DNA from: Candidatus Omnitrophota bacterium
GTDB taxonomy: Bacteria; Omnitrophota; Omnitrophia; Omnitrophales; Aquincolibacteriaceae
Reading direction: 5' to 3'
Assembly: GCA_030698625.1 (NCBI GenBank)
Contig: JAUYMS010000030.1
Coordinates: 20,016-84,015 of the forward strand
Length of the DNA stretch: 64,000 nt
Shown: positions 28,834 through 36,433 of the stretch, piece after piece
Numbering within the stretch: the first letter of the stretch is position 1
How the letters are laid out: every line of letters starts with the position of its first letter
Position numbers and translations under genes: made by a program
The notes under the pieces: model-generated
What the model was told of the DNA's origin: nothing
The model's input: only the letters and a program-made list of their open reading frames with translations
Databases searched by the model: none

Positions 28834-29295
28834 ATGGACGTCGCATTTCAAAACTTGATCAGAATGCTCGATTGGCGAAACATCGCTCAGTTGTACTGCT
28901 ACGTACTGGAGCGGAAGGAGCATGAGACGTTGCTTGATGAGAAAGAGCTGCACCACGACCGCAAGATTATCAAAACCGCGTTATTGGAAGGCATTCATGA
29001 AAATAGTCTCACCGACCCTGCTTTCAAACAGTACCTAGAAAAAGCCTATATTAGATTGGCAACCTTCGTGCCTGAACAAGACAGAGCAACGGTAGAAAAG
29101 AGCAAGTGGCTTCAGCATCGATTACGGTTCAGGAAAGGTATTCTTGACGACATGTCACCGGAAGACCGGCATATCTTCCGTGAGGAATCTGCCGCAGCAG
29201 AACCCATACGTTTGGCGACCCGGAAAATCATGCAAGCGATGCACAAGCGAAGGCAAGGATATCGTAGGGAATTGCGCGCTCAGCTTAAGGCTTAA
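28834..29295 (+). CDS. Hypothetical protein
   Basis: 153-aa ORF with plausible helical composition and no recognisable motif. Confidence 0.55.
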   Translation: MDVAFQNLIRMLDWRNIAQLYCYVLERKEHETLLDEKELHHDRKIIKTALLEGIHENSLTDPAFKQYLEKAYIRLATFVPEQDRATVEKSKWLQHRLRFRKGILDDMSPEDRHIFREESAAAEPIRLATRKIMQAMHKRRQGYRRELRAQLKA

Positions 29296-29366
29296 ATCGT
29301 GCCAAAACATTGAAAGCTGGTGACACCAAAAAGAGCGACAGTCCTATAGACGGTGCCAAGGCCACG

Positions 29367-29642
29367 TTAAGCGGCTAAAAGATTTCCTGTCGCATACTTA
29401 TGAATAATGCTTGCAACCAGGGTTTGATACGGGATGCCTTCCTCAGCGGCTTTGGCTTTGATACGATCCATGTCGGCTTTTGAGATTCTGATGTTCATTC
29501 TTTGGTCTTTTCGAAACGTGTTCTTGGCAATTTTAGCGTAGTAACTTAATTCGGCTTTTTTTGGTTTTACCGCCTCCCATTCACCATTTTCGATGGCGTC
29601 AAGGATCTCTTGCTCTTCTTTTTCCAGCTTCTCTTTTTTCAT
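29367..29642 (-). CDS. Antitoxin, CopG/ribbon-helix-helix (BrnA-like)
   Basis: RKDQRMNIRISKADMDRIKAKAAEEGIPYQTLVASIIHKY. ATG at 29642 with GGAGGTG SD, directly downstream of the toxin. Confidence 0.85.
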   Translation of the reverse strand: MKKEKLEKEEQEILDAIENGEWEAVKPKKAELSYYAKIAKNTFRKDQRMNIRISKADMDRIKAKAAEEGIPYQTLVASIIHKYATGNLLAA

Positions 29643-29643
29643 G

Positions 29644-29919
29644 CTATACACCTCCAGATAAGTACTTTTTTGTCAGCCTGCGGCTTGGAATAATAGTTTT
29701 GAGAAAAATCCGATGTCTTTCTTCTACAAAAGGGACTACATAAATGTATCTGTTCATTTCCACGATAAATTGTTTCTGATGCGCATATTTACCCTTTCCT
29801 ACTACCGTTGAAACGACGTTTCCGCTCGCAATCAGCGAAACAATGGCTTCAAACGAGATGTTTCTTTCGCGGATCAGCTTTTGGTTTTTCTCGTTATCCC
29901 AATCAAAGACCTTTTTCAC
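29644..29919 (-). CDS. BrnT-family toxin (type II TA)
   Basis: FDWDNEKNQKLIRERNISFE...YVVPFVEE...FLKTIIPSRRLTKKY; toxin-first gene order. Confidence 0.85.
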   Translation of the reverse strand: MKKVFDWDNEKNQKLIRERNISFEAIVSLIASGNVVSTVVGKGKYAHQKQFIVEMNRYIYVVPFVEERHRIFLKTIIPSRRLTKKYLSGGV

Positions 29920-29925
29920 AAAGAA

Positions 29926-29966
29926 AGTTTACACAAGTGTGTGCCTATTGTCAATACACTCACTTG
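29926..29966 (-). promoter_or_regulatory. Sigma70 promoter of TA operon with overlapping inverted-repeat operator
   Basis: Minus strand TTGACA (29954-29949), 17 nt, TAAACT (29931-29926). The inverted repeat CAAGTG.GTG..TATTG T CAATA CAC.CACTTG spans 29934-29966. Confidence 0.75.
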
Positions 29967-30076
29967 GGGACAAAAGGGCGGCGCGGCAAGTTCTTTTACG
30001 ACAACGTCTTGTGATGAAAGTAATGCGGTACCGCATACTAGTTTTTGGGGGGTGTAAGTTGTATAATTAAGACGAG

Positions 30077-30538
30077 ATGCGCATTTACTCTCTTCTACTC
30101 CTACTGTTTGGCTATATCGTGTGCGCAACGCCGGCGGCATATGCGCAGGAGGAGCTTACTGTCGAGGAGGTCACTGACGGCGAAAGTTTGGTCCTCAGCG
30201 ACGGGCGCCGCGTGCGTCTCATCGGTATCCGCACCCCGGTAAGCGGCAGCGATGTGACAGACCTGGATTATGGCCGCCGCGCCCAAGAGTACCTCGTCTC
30301 CCTCGTTATAGATCGCACGGTCCGCACAGAGATCGATCTCATGAATGATATTACTCACCATCATGATTCAGAGGGGCGGTTTCTGGCCTATGTTTATACC
30401 GGTGATGTCCTCGTCAATGAAGAGATGGTTCGCGAGGGTTATGCCGAGGCATTCGCAAAGTTCCGATTTCGCTACAGGGATCGCTTCCAGGCCCTTGAGC
30501 AGACGGCAAGGGACCAAGGCGAGGGTTTATGGGCATAG
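30077..30538 (+). CDS. Secreted thermonuclease (SNase)-like protein, catalytic residues altered
   Basis: Signal peptide; VTDGESLVLSDGRRVRLIGIRTP, GRFLAYV, VNEEMVREGYA, ARDQGEGLW. TATAAT at 30062-30067. Confidence 0.85.
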   Translation: MRIYSLLLLLFGYIVCATPAAYAQEELTVEEVTDGESLVLSDGRRVRLIGIRTPVSGSDVTDLDYGRRAQEYLVSLVIDRTVRTEIDLMNDITHHHDSEGRFLAYVYTGDVLVNEEMVREGYAEAFAKFRFRYRDRFQALEQTARDQGEGLWA

Positions 30539-30780
30539 ACCGCGACCGCACATTCCATTACATGGGCGGCTTTTCGGCGGTTTGCCTGATCTGGACACTC
30601 ATCCTTATTTTACCGAACCTGATTCGAGGCGACATGGAAAGTATCCGCATGATCTTTCAGCGGTATCCCGGCATGGAGCCCTTTATTATTTTCTTTCTTC
30701 CGATTATCGTCGTCGGGGGCGGGGCCTGGATTTGGCGGCAGATTTATAACCGGCAGCATACTCCCGGCCCGGAAGAGTAG
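30529..30780 (+). CDS. Small membrane protein
   Basis: Two hydrophobic segments; overlaps the previous gene's stop region. Confidence 0.55.
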   Translation: MGIDRDRTFHYMGGFSAVCLIWTLILILPNLIRGDMESIRMIFQRYPGMEPFIIFFLPIIVVGGGAWIWRQIYNRQHTPGPEE

Positions 30781-30788
30781 GCCGGACG

Positions 30789-31193
30789 ATGGCGCTGAAA
30801 CCCTGGAATCTGGACCGTTGGATTTTCAGAGTCAATGTGGCGGCTACGGGCGCGGTGTTTGTGCTGCTATTACCGACGACCGAATACATCACGGAAAATT
30901 TTTTGCCCCGAAAGGACGCGGTTTGGATCTATCCGCTCACGGTACTGGGGGGCTCGGCGCTACTGTGGTTCTTGACGAGCCTGTGCTTGCCTCTCCTGAT
31001 TCGTTGGGGTATCGTTGAAGACAGGCGCGCGGGTCCCAGACCGGGCATGACTTTGCTGCTCAGTTTGTTTCGGCGTGTGATTCCGATCGTCAATCTTGGC
31101 GTCCATGTCGCGCTGCTTGTTTTTTTGTCAGTATGCCTGATCGCATTTATGCGGGGCGACACAATGCTCGACTTGTTTAAAAATTTACCCTGA
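30789..31193 (+). CDS. Membrane protein (3 TM)
   Basis: Three hydrophobic helices; operon-like spacing. Confidence 0.6.
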   Translation: MALKPWNLDRWIFRVNVAATGAVFVLLLPTTEYITENFLPRKDAVWIYPLTVLGGSALLWFLTSLCLPLLIRWGIVEDRRAGPRPGMTLLLSLFRRVIPIVNLGVHVALLVFLSVCLIAFMRGDTMLDLFKNLP

Positions 31194-31201
31194 GGCGGAC
31201 A

Positions 31202-31606
31202 ATGGATGATAAGGTTCAGAGATCTGAAGAGGAGTGGAAAAAGATGCTGACGCCCGAGCAGTATCAGGTCTGCCGCAAGAAGGGGACGGAGCGCGCCTTT
31301 ACCGGCTTATACCACGATTGCAAGAAACCCGGTATCTACCAGTGTTGTTGTTGCGGCAATGACCTTTTCGATGCGAAGACCAAGTTTGATTCCGGAACGG
31401 GGTGGCCGAGCTTCTCGGAGCCGGTTCGTGATGACCGGATCCGCCACGAGACGGATCGGAGCCGGATGATGAAGAGAACCGAAGTGGTTTGCAGGCGATG
31501 TGATGCGCACCTCGGGCATGTCTTCGACGACGGCCCCGCACCCACGCATAAACGGTATTGCATTAACTCGATGTCTTTAAAATTAAAGGAAGGGACTCGC
31601 GGGTAA
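31202..31606 (+). CDS. msrB: Peptide-methionine (R)-S-oxide reductase
   Basis: LTPEQYQV, GTERAFTG, KFDSGTGWPSF, HLGHVFDDGP, RYCINS. Confidence 0.97.
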   Translation: MDDKVQRSEEEWKKMLTPEQYQVCRKKGTERAFTGLYHDCKKPGIYQCCCCGNDLFDAKTKFDSGTGWPSFSEPVRDDRIRHETDRSRMMKRTEVVCRRCDAHLGHVFDDGPAPTHKRYCINSMSLKLKEGTRG

Positions 31607-31609
31607 CCG

Positions 31610-32437
31610 ATGAAAAAATTCCGTTGCATTGCCAAAGACGAAAAGGGCCGGCAGTACGCGGGCTCTTTTGATGCCAATACAGAGGAAGAGGCGCGCGAGA
31701 TGGTGCGTGCCGAAGGCTTTGAGATCGCTGACATCTACGAGGAAGAAGAGGCGACCAAACCGATTACGGTTTTGAAGCACACGTCCTGGGGGGATATGCG
31801 GCAGTTGCGCCAGCAGAGGACCGAAGCCGAAGAAGAACACCTCGCGCGTTTTCGGAAGGAGCAGAAGCGGCGAAGAATCGGAGATCTCCTCGGCTATGTC
31901 ATCATCCTGACCGGCTCGCTCATCGCCATTTCAGGCATTTTCTTCGTGCTGCAGCGGATCACTCCCGTGACCCCCGAGAAGTCTCCTAAAGAAGTGGTGG
32001 AGGCCTATGTCTCTCTGGAGAATAGCGGGAATTACCGGGACCAGTTTGAACTCCTGGGCAAAATGAGAGCTGCCCAATTTGAGTCCGCCGATCAGTATGC
32101 CGAAAGGAGAAAATTCATGAGTATGCCCGCGATGGGGAAATTCGGCGGAGCGGAAGAAGTTGAAAGCGAAAGGAAGCGGGTTGTCATCGAGGTCCGGGCC
32201 TTGCGTGAGACAGGAATCAATCCAGTTGAGTTTCACCTTGTCTTGCAGCGGACGGGATGGAAGATTAACTATGTCCGCGACCCGGAGCGTATTGATATCT
32301 ATTTGGAACAATTGACGATTGCCTTTGACGCCGATGATGCGCGTAAGTGGATGCAGATCCTAAAGGGTGAGACGGGTCTGGCAGATCTGAAAATTCGTGA
32401 AATGGTGAAAGCGCACAAGAAGAAGACTTTTCGTTGA
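31610..32437 (+). CDS. Membrane-anchored hypothetical protein with PilC/GspF-N-terminus-like domain
   Basis: N-terminal FRCIAKDEKGRQYAGSFDANTEEEAREMVRAEG resembles the PilC N-terminal segment; one TM helix; DUF4878/NTF2-like C-domain (SPKEVVEAY...WKI). Confidence 0.65.
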   Translation: MKKFRCIAKDEKGRQYAGSFDANTEEEAREMVRAEGFEIADIYEEEEATKPITVLKHTSWGDMRQLRQQRTEAEEEHLARFRKEQKRRRIGDLLGYVIILTGSLIAISGIFFVLQRITPVTPEKSPKEVVEAYVSLENSGNYRDQFELLGKMRAAQFESADQYAERRKFMSMPAMGKFGGAEEVESERKRVVIEVRALRETGINPVEFHLVLQRTGWKINYVRDPERIDIYLEQLTIAFDADDARKWMQILKGETGLADLKIREMVKAHKKKTFR

Positions 32438-32439
32438 AG

Positions 32440-33120
32440 ATGCGAAACCGAAAAATATTTTTGTTGTTAGCTTTTCTCGGTGTTTCCTCGATCAGCTGTG
32501 GGTCCAGGGCCCCGCTTGAAACCGCCAAGATCACCAAAGTCATGGGCCGTTATGTCGAGATCAACGGCAGCCGCCCGGCCGCCATGGTCGGCGTGTACGT
32601 TCCGTTCCCGCAAGAGAAGAATTTCATGATCGATTCCTGGCAGAATATGGAAAGGCTCCTCAAGGATCAGGAGGTGCAGATTCGCCTGGTCGAGAAGAAG
32701 CATAAAGTGGGTTACCCCGAGTTTGACTTGGTTGAGATTTACCGGGAAGACGTGAATCTTAATAAACGGCTTCTCGAAACGGGGCTTGCGCTGTTTAACG
32801 AGGACCACTGGGATTCTAAAGAGAAGGCCGAGTATAAGGCCTTGGCCGAAGAGGCGCGCCGGCAGCGCCTGGGAATCTGGGCGTATCAGGAAAGCCTTGC
32901 AATCGTTTACCGGCGGCCGAGCAACGGGCGTTTCGTTCATTTTCCGCATTGTCCGCATGTCAAGGATCTTCCCGAAAGCGAAAGGGAAGATTACTACGCC
33001 CCGATTCCCGACACCCCGTTTCTAGCGATTCGTTACGCTTACTTTTGTGACTTCTGCCGGAGTATTTGGAATGAGCAACTGGAAAAGAAGGACCCCAAAA
33101 AGGTGAAGTTAGGCAGCTGA
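32440..33120 (+). CDS. Lipoprotein, degenerate SNase-like fold with C-terminal His/Cys metal-binding motif
   Basis: Lipobox ISC; LNKRLLETGLA, EARRQRLGIW; HFPHC...CDFC (Ada-like Zn site). Alternative TTG start at 32434. Confidence 0.7.
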   Translation: MRNRKIFLLLAFLGVSSISCGSRAPLETAKITKVMGRYVEINGSRPAAMVGVYVPFPQEKNFMIDSWQNMERLLKDQEVQIRLVEKKHKVGYPEFDLVEIYREDVNLNKRLLETGLALFNEDHWDSKEKAEYKALAEEARRQRLGIWAYQESLAIVYRRPSNGRFVHFPHCPHVKDLPESEREDYYAPIPDTPFLAIRYAYFCDFCRSIWNEQLEKKDPKKVKLGS

Positions 33121-33122
33121 TC

Positions 33123-34007
33123 ATGATTCGCATCGGTGTCGATCTCGGCGGGACAAAGATTGAAGCTGTTGCCCTCGACGAACAGGGCAAAGTCCTCTGC
33201 CGGGAGCGCATTTCCACGGAACAGGAGGGCGGCTATCGGCACATTCTTAACCGGGTAAAACAGCTCGTGGCCACGTTCTCCGAGCTGTGCTCGGCGGAGG
33301 AATTTACCCTGGGCATCGGGACTCCGGGAGCGGTATCGTACGAAACCGGTTTCCTCAAAAACTCCAACACCGCCTGTCTCAATAAGAAGCCGTTCAAGAA
33401 AGACCTTCAGGAAATTCTAAAAAGGGACTTTTCAGTGGAGAACGATGCCAATTGTTTTGCCATGGCAGAGGCGGCCTACGGCGCCGGCCGGGGCAAGGAT
33501 ATGGTTTTCGGCGTTATTATGGGAACCGGTTGCGGCGGCGGCATTGTTTACCGCGGCAAACTATGGCAGGGGCTGCAGGCCATTGCCGGGGAATGGGGAC
33601 ATATGTCGATCGACCCCAAGGGGCCGGAATGTTACTGCGGCCAGCGCGGTTGCGTGGAGACGTTCGTCAGCGGGGGCGGTTTGCAACGGCTCTATCTTAA
33701 GGAGTTTGGGCAGGTGCGCTGTCTGGAGGATATCGTGTCTGACTACCGAAAGGGTGTTGTAGAATCGACCCAATTCATGAAGGCCTTTTTCGAAAACTTC
33801 GGCCGTGCCATGGCGAATCTTATCAGTGTTTTAGATCCCGACATTATCGTGATGGGCGGGGGAGTTTCTAATATCGATGAAATCTATTCGCTCGGCGTGG
33901 CTGCCGTAGAGAGAAAGATTTTTAGCGACCGTCTTCGGACGCCTATCGTAAAACATGCGTTGGGAGATTCCGCCGGAGTACTCGGTGCGGCTCTGATCGG
34001 TATATGA
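33123..34007 (+). CDS. ROK family sugar kinase (fructokinase/Mak-like)
   Basis: IGVDLGGTKIE, ENDANCFA, GTGCGGG, GEWGH, CYCGQRGCVE, LGDSAGVLGAA. Confidence 0.93.
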   Translation: MIRIGVDLGGTKIEAVALDEQGKVLCRERISTEQEGGYRHILNRVKQLVATFSELCSAEEFTLGIGTPGAVSYETGFLKNSNTACLNKKPFKKDLQEILKRDFSVENDANCFAMAEAAYGAGRGKDMVFGVIMGTGCGGGIVYRGKLWQGLQAIAGEWGHMSIDPKGPECYCGQRGCVETFVSGGGLQRLYLKEFGQVRCLEDIVSDYRKGVVESTQFMKAFFENFGRAMANLISVLDPDIIVMGGGVSNIDEIYSLGVAAVERKIFSDRLRTPIVKHALGDSAGVLGAALIGI

Positions 34008-34048
34008 TTCCGGGTCGGTAGATCGACTGAATAAATTACGGCCAAAGC

Positions 34049-35140
34049 GTGTCTAAGGGGGTATGGCGATTCATGAACATGGATATGGAACATGTCAGGG
34101 TCTTGGAGCAGCTTTTCAGGTGCCGCTTCGTGGACCTGGAAAGGGAGGACCCCAAGAAACTCGAGATGGCCGGCGAGTTTATGGACCCGGAGCACGTAGT
34201 GATTCAACACACCCAAAAGGGGTTCTTCGCGGTACCCAAGCGGAGGATGGGCACCCTGACCATGATCGTACTGCACGACCATACGGGACTCACCGCCCAG
34301 TTGAAGGTGTTTTGCTGTCTGTTGGCTCGGAGGGGAATTATCGCTTATGCGCCGGACCTGTTTAGCGATCCTCTCATGGACGAGGGCCCCAAAAACGTCC
34401 GGAGATTGGCTCTTTACAGCATGGGCCCGCAGGGGGTTCAGATGGTAAAGCACATTTTTCAATATCTCGGCACATTTCCTTTCATTAAAAAGGACCGTAT
34501 CGGTGTTGTCGGTTTTCAGTTGGGGGGCACTCTCGGGCTGTGGGCAGCCGCACATCTTCCTAATATCAAAGCCATCATCAGTTTTGATGGAGGCTTCCCG
34601 ACGGAAAGTTCCCGGGTCACGGAATTGACCTGCCCCTTTCTCTATTTCGCGGGTGTCGAAAGGGGGCTTACGGATCAAGCCGCACTCGACCACAAGAAGA
34701 AGGAAGCAACGCAGCTTAGCCTTCAGGGAGAATACTACCAGTGCCCGAAAGAAGCCGGGTCCTTCTTTGGGGAGATTTACCCTCTCTTTTATACTCCTGG
34801 TAAGGCCCATGCGACCTGGGAGGACCTCATGCGGTTTTTGAAGCGGACTTTCGGTTTGGAGCACCTGATTCTGGCGGACGAAGAAATCAACGTTCGGAAG
34901 CTGTGGGCTAAGCGAGTGATCGCGGCAATCCTGATTGTTGTCGCTGTCCTTTTCTCTTATGTTGCGGTGACTTATGACTTTTCGCACCTTCTCGAGGTCC
35001 ATCGCAAGAACCGCGGAACCCAGAAAATTCAAGTCTATGATCCCAAGGCCATGGCGTGGAAGGATCGCCGGCTGAATGATGAGGAATGGAAGAAAGAGAA
35101 GGCACTCCGGGCCGCAAATGCGGTTTTGCGGAAAAAATAG
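34049..35140 (+). CDS. Dienelactone hydrolase-family protein with C-terminal TM anchor (nucleophile substituted)
   Basis: IVLHDHTGL, AYAPDLF, RIGVVGFQLGG (canonical GFCxGG), ATWEDLMRFLKR; C-terminal TM helix. Confidence 0.75.
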   Translation: MSKGVWRFMNMDMEHVRVLEQLFRCRFVDLEREDPKKLEMAGEFMDPEHVVIQHTQKGFFAVPKRRMGTLTMIVLHDHTGLTAQLKVFCCLLARRGIIAYAPDLFSDPLMDEGPKNVRRLALYSMGPQGVQMVKHIFQYLGTFPFIKKDRIGVVGFQLGGTLGLWAAAHLPNIKAIISFDGGFPTESSRVTELTCPFLYFAGVERGLTDQAALDHKKKEATQLSLQGEYYQCPKEAGSFFGEIYPLFYTPGKAHATWEDLMRFLKRTFGLEHLILADEEINVRKLWAKRVIAAILIVVAVLFSYVAVTYDFSHLLEVHRKNRGTQKIQVYDPKAMAWKDRRLNDEEWKKEKALRAANAVLRKK

Positions 35141-35243
35141 GCCATAACCGTGATTGTAGCCACCGGCGATTTTTATTGCTAGACTATAGTATTCTCGTGA
35201 CAGTTATTCCCGGCATAAGTTTTAAGATCAAGGTGAGGTTTCT

Positions 35244-36014
35244 ATGAGATTTAGACTCGTTATTTCTATGGTGCTTTGTTTGATTGTTGCCGCCGGTTTT
35301 GCGTTTTCCGGATCGGGCTTTGCGGTGGACGAGCTGCAGTCCTATGTGGAAACGGTTCAGCAGGCCGAATCGGGGATGACGCTCTGGCAGGTTCTGCAGT
35401 CGGGCGGCATCGTTATGGTTATCCTTGCGGGGATTTCGATCTTGATGTTCTCGCTTGTGAATGTTCTCTATATGACGCTTGATGTGGAAAAACTCCTACC
35501 CGACGAATTTTCTCATACTGCGATTGACGATATCCGGAAGGGAAAGCTCGATCACGTCCGGCGCGTTTGCACTCAAAGCGATAATATGATGTCGCGTATC
35601 ATATTAGCGGGTTTGAGTAGGGTATCAAAAGGCGCCGAGGTCACCAAAGAGGCCGTCGAGATTGAGGCGCGCAAAGAAGTAACGGGCTTGTGGAATCAAC
35701 TGAGTTATCTCTCCGACATTGCGGCTGTAGCGCCGATGCTTGGTCTCTTGGGCACAGTGATCGGCATGATCCAGGCCTTCAATACCATCGCGTTTCAGTC
35801 AGCCGTCGTCAAACCCATTCTTCTGGCAGGCGGAGTTTCGAAAGCCATGGTCACCACAGCCGGCGGCATGACGATTGCCATCATCGCCATGGTTTTTTAC
35901 TCTTACTTCCGGTTTCGTGTTCAGAATATCACAGGGACCGCTGAAACACTGACTGCCGAAGTTATGGCAGCCTTCGCCTCACCGAAAGCGGCCGGGGAAA
36001 CAGGACGCTCATGA
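35244..36014 (+). CDS. MotA/TolQ/ExbB proton channel family protein
   Basis: LSDIAAVAPMLGLLGTVIGMIQAF, LAGGVSKAMVTTAGG. Confidence 0.93.
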   Translation: MRFRLVISMVLCLIVAAGFAFSGSGFAVDELQSYVETVQQAESGMTLWQVLQSGGIVMVILAGISILMFSLVNVLYMTLDVEKLLPDEFSHTAIDDIRKGKLDHVRRVCTQSDNMMSRIILAGLSRVSKGAEVTKEAVEIEARKEVTGLWNQLSYLSDIAAVAPMLGLLGTVIGMIQAFNTIAFQSAVVKPILLAGGVSKAMVTTAGGMTIAIIAMVFYSYFRFRVQNITGTAETLTAEVMAAFASPKAAGETGRS

Positions 36015-36430
36015 GACCCCTTGTTTCAAAGGATATGCAGAAAACGGATTTGGGGTTTCCTTTGGCCCCTTTGGTCGACATCGTTTTCATCACGTTGATC
36101 TTCTATATGACGCTCTCTATTTTTTATCAGCTGGAGAACGAGCTTTCCATTAGCGTACCGAAAGCCGGGCAGTCTGAAGAGGTGGTCCGAAGCCCGGGTG
36201 AAATTATCATCAATATTGATCGCGAGGGAAAGGTCGTCGTTAATCAAAAGACATTTGAGCAGGATGCCCTGGAGACAATGCTCAAACGCATTGCTTCATT
36301 ATATCCGAACCAGCCGGTGATTATTCGGGCGGATCAGAAGACCTATCACGAATCCGTGATTCGTGTGCTTGACGCCTGCGCCGCTGCGGATATATGGAAC
36401 ATTGCCTTCTCCACGCTGAAGGAGGAGTAG
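36011..36430 (+). CDS. ExbD/TolR family biopolymer transporter
   Basis: LAPLVDIVFITLIFYM, VIIRADQKT; ATGA overlap with the exbB-like gene. Confidence 0.93.
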   Translation: MRPLVSKDMQKTDLGFPLAPLVDIVFITLIFYMTLSIFYQLENELSISVPKAGQSEEVVRSPGEIIINIDREGKVVVNQKTFEQDALETMLKRIASLYPNQPVIIRADQKTYHESVIRVLDACAAADIWNIAFSTLKEE

Positions 36431-36433
36431 GCT

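Noticed and set aside
33884-35032. 382-aa minus-strand ORF
   Set aside because: Antisense to the DLH-family gene, which carries recognisable family motifs.
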